A stretch of DNA of 64,000 nt from Chrysomallon squamiferum (Eukaryota; Animalia; Mollusca): contig CM022675.1 in assembly GCA_012295275.1 (NCBI GenBank), forward strand, positions 10,540,001 to 10,604,000, written 5' to 3'. Below, piece after piece: positions 30,968 to 43,864 of this stretch (positions within the stretch are counted from its first letter, which is position 1; every line of letters starts with the position of its first letter). Both the position numbers and the translations under genes were made by a program. The notes below the pieces were generated by a model that searched no databases, was not told the origin of the DNA, and saw only the letters and a list, made by a program, of their open reading frames with translations.

Positions 30968-31002
30968 AATGCCTTTGGTGTATATTATTATACACGTTTT
31001 AT
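30839..31002. repeat. Imperfect ~35-bp inverted repeat flanking (TATC)n(TA)n
   Basis: The left arm ATAAACGTGTGAAAAATATACATCAACGGCATTA matches the reverse complement of 30967-31002 (ATAAAACGTGTATAATAATATACACCAAAGGCATTA). Confidence 0.8.
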
Positions 31003-31413
31003 TATTATTATCTTAGAAACATAAGCGTGTTTTATACTTTTCTTCTCAGTTGCTAAACGTATTTGTTTCCTATTCAAGGACACAGATGATCATTTTATTT
31101 TCATTTAGCTCTTAATTTTGTTTTAATTATCTGTTTTATATCGCTGGGAAAGAAAAACTCCTGTCACCGCATGAAACACTGAAGGCTATTTTACCAAACT
31201 GCAACAAGGGAAATTTTAAATGACCTTTCTATTACAGTTCCTTTGAACTAATATTACAGTTTAATGATTTTATTTTAAACTACTTCTTTATATATATATA
31301 TATATATTATATATTATATATAACACCTGCTGAATTAATACTTTGGTTTTCATTTCAGTCTCAGTTTTAATGATTTAGTGTATATATTTTAAAGATAATG
31401 TTGAATATAATGA

Positions 31414-31446
<33 letters not shown>

Positions 31447-32315
31447 ATTAGTAGTAGTAGTAGTAGTAGTTGCTGTTGCTGTTTTAAAAAAACTAGTAGT
31501 TATAGTCGAAGTAGTAGTAGTGGTAGTTGAAGTCGTAGTAGTAGTAGAAGTAGTAGCAGTAGTAGTATAATTATACGGACATAATTATGCACTCATGTTT
31601 GTAATGAGTGAATAAATTATTTATTTTTAGAATTTTTAAAAATGTATTTATTCATTTCCTTCTTTTTTAATTTTTTTTTCTGTGAGAAAAATATCTAAAT
31701 CCGGTATCTATTTCCATTAATATCAAGCGATTTTAAATTATTATTATTACTATTTTTTTCTATATAATCTAATCATTTAAGCATTATTATTATTATTTAA
31801 TCCGTTTAAACTCCTCTACGGCTCTATTAACCAGCTGTTATCCCCCAAAAAATTGTTTTAAAAATAGATTCTTCTAATTTTTTTTTTTTTTATTATTATT
31901 ATTATTTTTTTTTATTCCAGGTGCATTTTGACTGAAGCGAACTTGTATATACAGCGTGTAAAAAAAAAAAATTAGTTTTCATCCGAAAGGAAATTGACTA
32001 ATTAACTTTTTTCTACATGAATGCAAATCGTTTGTTTAATAGACCAAATAACCCATCCAACGAGCATTCAAGCAATTAATTGAATTATAAATTTATGAAA
32101 TTTGATATCATTCCGTTTTTGAGAGGGAGTAGTTTATCCGTTTTGTCAATGTTGTCGTTGTTTCATGTTTTGTCTCGTAATAGGCTTCGGGTTTTTATTT
32201 TTATGATACTTAAGATTAATAATTAAGCACATCTGTTTTGTTAATTATTACTTTTGATCATTACATCAAAAATTTCCTTCGTATTTTTTTCTTTTTTTTT
32301 TTTTTTTTTTTACAC

Positions 32316-32450
32316 TTTCGTACATTATTTTAAAGCTACATTCTTCTTCTTTTTCTTTCTTTATTTCTTTATTTTTTTTTTTTTTTTTTTTTACCATTTC
32401 GTACATTATTTTAAAGCTACATTCTTCTTCTTTTTCTTTCTTTCTTTCTT
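32316..32450. repeat. 81-bp tandem duplication
   Basis: TTTCGTACATTATTTTAAAGCTACATTCTTCTTCTTTTTCTTTCTTT at 32316 and 32397. Confidence 0.85.
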
Positions 32451-32925
32451 TTTTTATTTTTTTATAAAATAATTCCAAAAGAGGGGGAAAAAATGTCAAT
32501 GAAGATTATTAAAGAAAAGAATTTCTACAGTAAAAAAAACTAAATAACTTCAAAATTCATATCATGTATCTTTTTAGAATTTAATTTCAAAAATATTTAA
32601 TACTTAAAACAATTTACTTTTTGATGATTATTTTCAAAAATAATACAAACAAAAACAACACCAACGAACAAACAAAAAAACAAATAATAAAATAAAAATA
32701 AAAAATCCAGTTAAAATAAAATATACAAAAAGGGAAACAAACATGATCCTATTTTGAGAAGAGTCACACGTGTCACAAATGTCTGAATAAATTATGATAA
32801 TGAGATTAATTACAATAAAGGAACTAACTTGTAAATTATCATACTGCAACTCAAAGTCTTTTTTTGCTTTTCTTTTTTTTTCTTTTTCTAATTGATTTAA
32901 GCAGAGTTATGTAGAGAGGGAGGGG

Positions 32926-33005
<80 letters not shown>

Positions 33006-33462
33006 ATTTCTATTAGTTCACTACAGGAACGTGTCTCTATCACCAGTACATATAAACTTTAGTGAAAGAAGTATTAATTTTCTGATCAGTGTGAAAAGTA
33101 CAGAAAGGTGTAAATTATTTAGTCACAGACAGAATAATGGACTGCTTTATAATCGTAAAATACGAATTAAATTGATGGTGTTAAATAAATTCCATTTTTT
33201 TAACTTTATTATTATTATATTTTTTTGTATAACCATATTAAAATACATCCTTTGTAACATTAAAAACTTTGAACATTTAATTTTTTTAATTTTATTTTAT
33301 TTTTTACTTAATTTTAAATTTCCTCTTCTTTTAAATATACCAATTTAACATGAATTTTGAAGAAAGAAAATAAAAAATAAATAAAAATAATTTTGTTGTT
33401 TCCGATAATCCATGAAAGTGTCAGCCAAAACATAAAAATGGAATAAAATGGGCTTTTTTATT

Positions 33463-33493
<31 letters not shown>

Positions 33494-34851
33494 TACATTT
33501 AACAAGTATTAACCAAGAAAAAAATTAAAAAAAATAAAAAAAAAAAAAATATAAAAAAAAAACAGACATGGCAGTCAAAAACGATCCTTCACCGCTTACT
33601 TATATCCTTATCATCGCGTTCGCTTGAAATGGAATATTATGTTTTATTTCACTTCTGGGTTTCGGAAACTGACATAAATCCCACGCTAAAGAGCGCCCGT
33701 GAAATCGACACGGTGCCTACGTAATCAAGTCAAGTCGTAAAACCGAACATGTGACACCTTTACGATCGTAGAGGCTGTCAAAGCAATTCGCTTGAGCGTA
33801 GTTTACGTGCCGAGTCAGGATCGCGGAGAAATGAACACACTATGAAATCGAAACGTTTTAGCCCGAAGATGGACGAAAGATAACTCTTGGCTGCAATTAC
33901 GGAGACATTCCAAAAAACCGTAACAAGACTTTGATGAATTTAGGAAAATATTTTTTTTTTTTTTTTTTTTTTTGTTGGTTAGGTTTTGTTTGTTTTATAG
34001 GAGTGTTTCAATGAATGTTTAAAAAATAAAAAATAAAATAAATAAAATTGTAAAAAAAAAGAAAGAAAGAAAGAAATAAAGATACAGCAGAAATGTCTTT
34101 CTGTTTTTCTGTCATTCCTTTATTTTTTATCGTTTTCATTCATTCATTCATTCATTCATTCATTTATTCATTCACTGTTACACTGTTATTTCTGTTTTTG
34201 TATGTTTCGTTGTTTTTGTTTTCTTAATTTTTTTCTTTATCTTCGTTCTTTCTTTTCCTGTCCATATTTTGTTTTTCTTTTCTTTTTTTCCTGTCTTAGT
34301 GTTTTTCTCATTTTTATTTTTTTTCTCTCAGTTTATTATTTATTATTTTTCACTCTTCGTCTTTTTTCATCGCATTTCTTTCTTTCTTTTTTTTCGCTCC
34401 AAATTCTTTAAATATTTATCATTTATTGTTATTTTTAAGCGAGAACTTCCTTCTTTATTTTTTTTTCCTTCTTACATTTATAATGCAAATTCTTTTAATA
34501 TATACTGTTATTATATAATTTTTCTTTGCTACAATTTCACACTTTCGTTTTATTTTCTGGATTACATTATTTGATTTTGTGATTATTTTTATTATTTTTA
34601 TTTTTCAAATTACTTTAATCTTCTTTTACATGTATCTAATTCATTAACGTTAACGAATATTACTGCTATGAAGAAACAAAAGCAAATAAATAAATAAATG
34701 AATGAATAAATACATAAATAATAATATAAATAAAACTTATAAATAAACTAATGAAAAATAAATGAAAGGACAAATAAGCAAACAAATAAATAAACATAAA
34801 CAAGCAAACAAATACCAGAGAAACAAATAATCAAACAAACAAACATGCAAA

Positions 34852-34890
<39 letters not shown>

Positions 34891-36229
34891 ACAAATACGT
34901 AACTTCTGCTATGTGAAAAATACAACTTCAATTAAAATGTATCAAAATGATTAAAATAATAGTAATGTAAATTAATTTAATCTTGCCATATAATGTAGAG
35001 AATTTCAAACTCTAATTATGTTCAATATTATCTATTAAACAACAAAAGAGATTTGACATACATTCTGACATACACTGATACTTTTATATATAATATATAA
35101 TATTATGAAAATGCTTGCAAGAATATATTTGCGAAACACATGCATACATATAATTATGAAATAGTTTAGTGAAAAGATAAATATATTTAATCTTATTTGA
35201 TATATACATATATATTCACACACAGAAAATCTTTGTACAAATACTTTGTACGTATACGACAAATATATATAATTGTTCTATATTTTGGTAACTTGGAAAT
35301 GTATTCTTGATTTTATATGTATGTAGTTAACACAAACATCTGTCTTTATGTGTGTTTTTGCATGTTTACGAGTTTGTGTGTACGCAAACGAGTGTGCGCG
35401 TGCATGTTTAACTGTTGCGGTCTTTGTTTATTGTTATATACAAATAAGTTTTGTAACAATGACATCTCTGAATTTGATTTAAGATCACATGCTCTAGTTA
35501 TGTATTGTTTGGAGTTACAAACAGACATGACAGCTTGTAACTGCAGTGCAGTTCATGATATTTCATTTTTCTCTACAGAGATAAAAAAAATAAAGCTTTC
35601 TATAATACACGAATATTCTGACAGACAAACGTTGAATAGGCTTTACATGTCATCGAATTTGCTTAATGAATTAATTATTACTATTGTTATTACTAAAATT
35701 GGTTTTATTATTGATATTATTAAAATATTGATATTTTTGTTACTGTCACAACTGTTCTCTAAGCCCTTGTTTTGTAATGCTCGTTGTTTTCATTTGTATT
35801 TTTCTTTGTGTTATATAAATAGATAAACTGAGAGAAAAACAGATAGAATTACAGACACTATACAGACATACATACATACATATGTATATATAAATGTACA
35901 GTGTCTGTAATTCTATATATACATACATTTTTGGATAAATACTTATACAGATACACAAATAAATGTATAGATTATATAAGTAGATAGGTAGACAAAGATA
36001 TAGAATATATATTATATCAAGAAAGTTATAGACTTAAATATGTATATAGATGTAGGTAAATATAGATAGATTCGTAAAGAGCCAGAAAGAGAAATAGATA
36101 GAAAGATAAATAAACCCCAAAACACTTTTTTTTTAGATAAATAGATAAATATTTAGATAAATATAACAAACACATAGATGTTGAAGTATTTAAACATTGA
36201 TAAACAAATATTTAGAGAGGAACACATGG

Positions 36230-36885
36230 ATACTAATATAGATATATTTCAATCTCAGTGAAATATAGATAGACAGTCATTCAAATATGCATAGATATAC
36301 AGATAGATATTTAGAAAGTCAGATTGACTTACAATAGTCACAGACATATATAAACATAGATATATTTCAATCTCAGAGAAATATAGGAAAACAGATATAG
36401 ATATATTTCAAACTCAGACACAGATAGATAGATATTTAGAGACAGACAAATAGCAACACACCAACATAAACACAGATATATTTCAGACACATAGATGCAG
36501 ACATATAGAGACACTCAAAGATATATATTTAGATAGACACACAGATAGAGACATATATGAAACAGATATATTTCAGACTCAAGTGAAATAAATATAGATA
36601 GACATGACATAAACAGATATATTTCAGAGATAGAGACATATAGAAACATAAATAAACACAGATATATATTTCAGACTCACAGTGAAACAGAGACATATAT
36701 AAACACAGATATATTTCAGACTCAAGTGAAACAGAGAGACAGATAGACAGACACACAAATAGAGACATATATAAACACAGATATATTTCAGAAATGGACG
36801 AAACAGAGACAGATAGGCAGACACACAGACAGAGACATATATAAACACAGATATATTTTTCAGACATGGACGAAACAGACACTTG
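36230..36885. repeat. Degenerate ~45-70-bp minisatellite (AAACACAGATATATTTCAGACTCAAGTGAAACAGAG...)
   Basis: About 10 recurrences of (C/T)AGATATATTTCA with GACA/GATA-rich spacers; units are most similar at the right end. Confidence 0.8.
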
Positions 36886-37853
36886 ATACGATATCCATCT
36901 GACACGTGTTTAACTTGCCCTGAAAAAAAAAAAAAAAAAAAACTGATCAGTGTGTAATCGATTTCAAGGGCTCCGCCAGTATCGTACGGCCGTGCCAGAG
37001 AGCGACAAGTCTTCAATTAAACGAAACATCGATCTATAAACGCCATGACGGGCCGCGTCATCTTCGCCAAAGCCGTCTCTGGGACGTTCAAGCTTAATCG
37101 TTTTACAGACGTGTACGTTATTGTTCGGCTTCCACTTCGTACAGCAGCCGGCTTCAAGTACCAACGTGTTTGTAAAATACACCAGGTTTTTACTTGTTTT
37201 AGTAAGGTGTAGATGATGATGATGATGATGATGATGACGATGACGGTGTTGATGATGATATATTTATACTACTGCTGTATAAAAAGAGACTACCATTATA
37301 ACTATTTAATATTACTGCTACTACTACTAGTAGTAGTGCTACAACAACAACAACTACTACAGCTACAACAACAACAACTACTACTACTACTACTACTACT
37401 ACTGCTACTACTACTGCTGCTACTAAAACCATTGCCATTGCTGCTACTGCTACCACAACCAACATTATAACAACAACAACTGCTACCACTTTTATTACTG
37501 TCGTTATTATTATTTTGTGAATGAAGATTTAAGAATACTTTTGTTAAACATTCCGCAAATATGTGTCTTTCCAATAGAGCTACTAATATTACTACTAGTA
37601 CTACTACAGCTACTACTACTACTACTACTACTACTACAGCTGCTGCTGCTACAACCACACATTAAATAAGTAACGGTTTGTATGAAAATCCTGGAGGTTA
37701 AACACAAATATATTTTCCTATTACCTTGAATATTAGGAACAAAGAATAATTACATACTTCTTTTTAAATCGCAAAACGACAACAACAAATCTAATATCCC
37801 CATGAAAACAACAACAACAAAACAAAAAACAAAACAACATAAAAAACCCATAA

Positions 37854-37970
<117 letters not shown>

Positions 37971-38411
37971 TTTAAGTTAACTTTTTATCTTCCTTTGAAT
38001 GTTTAAATATTAGGCAATGCTGTTTTCAGAAAATACTTAATCCTATTTCTTTCGTTTTGTTGTTATTAATATTGTTGTTGTTACAATAATAATAATTATT
38101 ATTATTATTGATATTATTATTATTATTATTGTTGTTGTTATTATTATTACTATTATTATCTTATATAAATTGTATTAATATTAAATAAGAATTGAACAAA
38201 TCGAATGTTCGACGTAAACGTGAAATGAAATAATAATAAAAATAAACAAAAGTAAGAAATTAAAAATTAAGTAAAAATAAAAGCAGAGATGTTGTAGATG
38301 ATAATTATTTTATCTAGCCGTATTCTTTCTTTCTTCTTCTTTCATTCTTATTATTATTACTGTTATTATTACTGTTATTATTATTATTATTATTATTACT
38401 GTTATTATTAC

Positions 38412-38442
<31 letters not shown>

Positions 38443-38772
38443 GTTATTATTATTATTATTATTACTATTATTATTATTATTATTATTATTACTTCATTTA
38501 TATCTGTTTTATACATTTTTAATTTAAAAATAAATAATATTGCATATAATTTGACTATTGTGACCTTAATTTGATATAATAAATATATAATTTAAATGTG
38601 ATGTTATTTTTGCTAAAATCTGAATAAAATTTAATAAAATACATAAAACTGTGTCAGATTCATTATATAAATATATACTGATACACATGTATAACATTAC
38701 TATTTGAAAATGGTTTATTTTATGTTTACATAACTGCATCATGGAAAATAACGAGAGAAGGACCTACAGCAT

Positions 38773-38810
<38 letters not shown>

Positions 38811-38822
38811 AACAAACAAACA

Positions 38823-38890
38823 AACATCACTTAAATCTGTTTTTATATATATATATATATGAATATAAAAAAACAGATTTAAGTGATGTT
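38823..38890. repeat. Perfect 22-bp inverted repeat with TA-rich spacer
   Basis: AACATCACTTAAATCTGTTTTT (38823-38844) and AAAAACAGATTTAAGTGATGTT (38869-38890). Confidence 0.9.
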
Positions 38891-39379
38891 GGTTCAAACA
38901 TAAATATACACACACAACATGAACAAGAACAACAACAACAACAAAAACAAGAAACAAACAAACAAAAAATAGCATAAAAACCCCATCAACAAATTAGAAT
39001 AGCAACATTTAACAACAGAAATTACTACTACTATAACCACTACCATTATTACTATCCCATATATATATGTGTGTGTGTGTGTGTGCGTGCGTGTGTGTGT
39101 GTGTGTGTGTGTTGAGGGGATGTGTTGAAGATGTTGTTATTGCTGCTGCTGTTGATGATGTGAAGAGAAAAATATCGCAATTATTTTTGTTTGAGGGGAG
39201 GGCAAAACCATGTTGATTTCATAGATATTTTATTTTATCAGTTTGTTAATATCAGATTTTGTTGTTGTTGATGTTGTGTTGATTATAATAGTTTGAACTG
39301 ATAAACAGATTTTTTGGGGAAATTTTATTGTTGTTGTGATTTATTCATTAAAATAATGGTGTTGTGTTAAGGTATTAGA

Positions 39380-39452
<73 letters not shown>

Positions 39453-39560
39453 TTAATAATAGAAGAAGAAGAAGAAGAAGAAGAAGAAGAAGAAGAAAAC
39501 TAAAATAAGAATTAGAATGAAAACAATAACAACAACAATAATTACAGTAACAACTACAGC

Positions 39561-39610
<50 letters not shown>

Positions 39611-41875
39611 TAACAATAACAATATCAGTAGTAACAGTAGCAATTGTAGTAATACTAGTAATAATTATTATATTAGTATTCATAATAGTTGTATTATAAG
39701 TTACAGCTGTAGTAGGTGAAGTAGTAGTTGTTGTAGTATTATTATTATTAGTAGCAGTACTTGCTGAAGTGGTAAAATCCACATCTAAACAATATTTCAT
39801 TTGATAAGGTATTACGGCTGTGATTATAATTAAATTAAAACTGAAAATAAAACCATAACTCAAGAATTAAATAATATTAAATTGGAAATAAATGTATCAC
39901 ATTTGCTACTGTTTATACCTCGTCAGGTGTTTAATTTTTTTTTTTTTTTTTTTTTTGTTTATGCTAAAAATATAATGTTATTCTTTTCCACATATACATT
40001 TTGAAAACAGATCCTTATTTTAGATGCACAATTAAGCGACAGTTATGTGAATTTAATAAAAGGGGAAACTCATTAATGCATTTAACACAACATTTTGCTA
40101 CGGGGTGCCACGAAGAGGGTAACAAACAGGAAGCGTTTTGCGTTTAAACGCAAACAGTGAGAAACGTATAAATTATTTAGGTTAATAAAAACGACGCAAA
40201 AAAAGTGGTTTCTATGGGAAATCAAATCTGAGATTTTTATAGCAACTGATAAATCTTCTTTTTTTTTTTTGCTGTTTTTTTTTTTATTATTATTATTTTT
40301 TTAATTTAATTGTTATTATTATATTAAATATGGTTTCTGCAGTCATAAAGAGAATTTGATTTCAAATCCTTAAATTAATTCTTCTGGCAAAACTGTAAAT
40401 TAATTTCCTCAATAAAACCATAGATATAATTTCTGTAATAAACAAAATATAATAGAAAATATAAATATAATTACTTGTTTTCAGTAATAAATAAATAAAA
40501 AAATGAATACATAAATAAAAAATAAAATAAAATAAAATAAAACCCTCATAATATTTGATTTGACATAAAAGTATGAACTATTAAAATAATTATACATCTT
40601 GGTGCAATGAAATTTAAATGCATTTTTGTTTTTAAATTAAATTTTAAGGTTAATAAATACAGGAGATGAAGTGAAAGATAACTTTTTGCGTTTGCGTTTA
40701 AAATGTTTCAATTAAAAATCATGCAGTATAAAACATCACACATTGTTTTATATTAATTTCGGATAAAATATTTTTAAGTGTATAATGTTTATGGATTTGC
40801 AGATTATTTAACATTTAATATCGATTAAAATGTTAATAGCATTATTTACATACTTTGTTACATGTATATAATTTGTATAATATGTATATAAGCTGTTAAA
40901 ATAAAGCTAACTGGAATGTGTGTTATATATTTACAGTACACAAAAAATATAATCATGAACTGATATTATATGATCCCCAAAATGCTAAAAATCATTTATG
41001 AGATCATAACATATCAAGTTTTAGAAATCCTAATATTAAACCTTATGTGAAAATAGTTTAAAAATGTCATACAGCAAGGTCGAGAAATAAATTTGATAAT
41101 TTATATGTTAGGTTATTAAACATTAGTTTTTATACAGTTATTCATATGACTGGGGAAAATGTTAAAAAGTGTATATAGGGAGAGTGACCAGAATAATTAT
41201 AAAAGTTAAACACCCGCGGATAATAATAATGAAACAAAATTAATACACAGGACTATAGGGTTACAAATATAGTTTCACAAATATTAATTTACTCCGTCAG
41301 AGAAAATATTGTAAATAAATACACTGTATACAAAAAAAGAGTTTAAAAGATAACTAAAATATAGAATAGAAAAATATTTTAAAAATATAAATCAGATTAA
41401 GATATATTGTATTTATTAAAAGTTTTTAATTTTGATAAAGGTGGAAGTTTTAATATATATAAAAACAATTAAATTAAATTAATTTCATTCACAGAATTTA
41501 CAGTATAATAATATTGTGTACAGTGTTAGTATAACGAAACATGAAAGTGTATTAATGTGATAATGACAGAAGTCTCCTAATTATTCGTAACATAAATCTA
41601 TAAACCAGTGGAAAAAATATTAATTCAGAAATTTTACACCATTTTGATGGAAATCTTAATAAATGGTTAGAAAAGTATTTTAAAACTGACGAAAGAAAAA
41701 TTACAAAAAGACTAATTCATAGAGTGAAAAATAAAAAGAAAAAATGGTTTTAAAATGAGATTCATTAACAAAGGGTACAGTAAGAATTAATATATAGGGC
41801 AAAGAAAAAAATATTTAAAAAATTATAATTCTTGGTATAAAAACAGTTAAAAAGGAAAACCATTAACATACTTAG

Positions 41876-41929
<54 letters not shown>

Positions 41930-42558
41930 TAATAATAACAACAATAATATGCAGAGCGAAGGTGTAGTTATAGAAAATTAATTAAGGGTAAAACAGAGGA
42001 TCACAAAATACCTTATTTTTAAACTGTTTTTATTTTACTTTTGTTTTTAAATTAATACACAGAGCTTAGATTATAAAAATTAAAATTAATGTACTATTTT
42101 AAAGACTAAAAAACCAGTAACACCACTAAATTCATGAGGGTGAAACTTGATTTTTAAAAAAAAAAAACACACGGAAATACCGAGAGGGTGAAATGTAGTT
42201 TACAAAAACTGAAAATATCTGTAACAGGGTCACAAAGTAGTCTTAAGAAAAAAAAAAAAAAAAAGAGAAAATTACTACAAAGGGTCACGAAGGACAAAAC
42301 TATACATCAACATAGACAGTGGATGACGAGTGAAATGTCTGCATTCAATTGCCGATCATCCGGATTAACTGCTGATTTCACGGGCAAGTCAAGCCTCGTT
42401 TGTTGTTGTAACGATAACGTATTGTCTCATAATAAAAAAATAATAATAATAAAAATAGAAAATAAAAATAAAAATAACAGAGAAGAAAACGAAAAAGAAA
42501 ACACAACAGAAAGAAGAAGAAAACAAACAAAAAAAAAAAAAAAAAAAATTCCGCTTAC

Positions 42559-42856
42559 CTTCGGGTATATTCGCAGATCCACCCTTACGTTGATTCTTTT
42601 TTTCCTTCAACCAGGCGAAATCGGGTACTTTGCTCTGGACACACGACCCATCCCCGACCCCCGGCGAGCCGGGCAGCCCGTCCGAGCCGTCCTGAATGTG
42701 TCCCAGGTCGGGGTAGGGACTGCAGTAAGATCGCATATCGGAGTCTGTCATCATTGATTGATGGTAGTTTTCATTCAAGTGCTGCGCCGCGTTCATAAAT
42801 CCCAAACCAGGCGGACCGAACATGAAAGCCGTGTCTCTCTCGCTCTCCAGCTCCAT
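42559..42856 (-). CDS. Hox2: Hox2/proboscipedia coding exon 1 (99 codons + 1 nt; N-terminal motif and hexapeptide region)
   Basis: ATG in strong context (GCCATGG). N-terminus MELESERD...LGFMNAAQHLNE resembles the Hox2 motif (E-RE-GFINSQPSLAE). VPDFAWLKEKK matches the Hox2 PEYPWMKEKK motif. The exon ends at donor GAAG|GTAAGC (intron starts 42558) in phase 1, matching exon 2. Confidence 0.9.
42745..42764 (+). promoter_or_regulatory. Exonic composite Meis/Prep (CTGTCA) + Pbx-Hox (TGATTGATGG) site
   Basis: CTGTCA-TCAT-TGATTGATGG on the antisense strand of exon 1 (codons YHQSMMTD). Motif match only. Confidence 0.5.
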
Positions 42857-43049
42857 GGCTCCACTGAAATTTATTACTCGTATTTACTCAATTTTTATTA
42901 TTACTGTCCTTACACACATATATATACATACATATATATGATATATTTTTTTTTTGTACACAGATACGTATGTGTATGTATATATATATATCTATATTTT
43001 TGATATGGAGTCAGTAACACGTTATAGAGTTCGGAGTATACTCTCTCTA

Positions 43050-43320
43050 GCTAGACCACATACTAAACACTCCTACCCAGCCATCGATACGATTTGACCA
43101 TGCAATAAAACTTGTGAAAAGGCCCCGGAGTGATCTTCGTCGGCTAACGGATGTCACGTGCATGACCTGGCCAATCACAGCTCGTCTCATGGATATCTTG
43201 ACAGCTCGGTGAAATGCGATAGGCCTTTGATCTGACAGGCATTCGTCGAAACGCGCAGATAGCCTTCGATCGCGAATTTTACATGCAGCAAACTTCGTTT
43301 TTGATTGACGAAACAGATTA
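43050..43320 (-). promoter_or_regulatory. Putative Hox2 proximal promoter (E-box, CCAAT box, TALE sites)
   Basis: Unique CpG-containing block 200-460 bp upstream of the ATG. It contains GTCACGTG (43153-43160), GGCCAATCA (43169-43177), TGACAG (43199-43204 and 43233-43238) and TGATTGAC (43302-43309). No clear TATA box. Confidence 0.6.
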
Positions 43321-43825
43321 TATTCGTGTTAATGTTATAAGCGGAATATGATAATATTAAGGAGAAAATAAAATAACAAGTCGACTAGTATTAATTAACT
43401 TCGCCTCCATGCTTGATTACGCACAAATATAATATTCCGTTTCTTTAATAATATAATTCCTGCGTCTTCTTAATCGTTTTGTTGTTTGGCAGGCTTAAAT
43501 CACCGCCAAAGTGGAGATCTTTCAAATAGCCATAAATTTTGCCCTTGGACGCCAGCCTTATTACCAAAACGTTAAACCTAAGATGTGGTCTGCGGAAAAT
43601 ACAGAGAAAGACAGGGAAAGAGAGAGAGAGAGACAGACACAAACACACAGACAGACACATAGAAAAGAGAGAGAGAGAGAGAGCCAAACACGCAGAGACA
43701 GATAAACGGAGAGACACAGAGGAACACAAACAAAATAGAAAACGTTATTTTTCTAACACTGGCGTTCTGGAAAATATTTCAGAAATTCTTTTTATTTAAT
43801 TATGGGTTTTTTTCTTATTTTATAT

Positions 43826-43864
<39 letters not shown>

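Noticed and set aside
42389-42558. Read-through of the exon 1 ORF to 155 aa with a hydrophobic tail
   Set aside because: The tail is translated poly(T)/AAT intron sequence after a canonical GTAAGC donor, and splicing gives an in-frame homeodomain.
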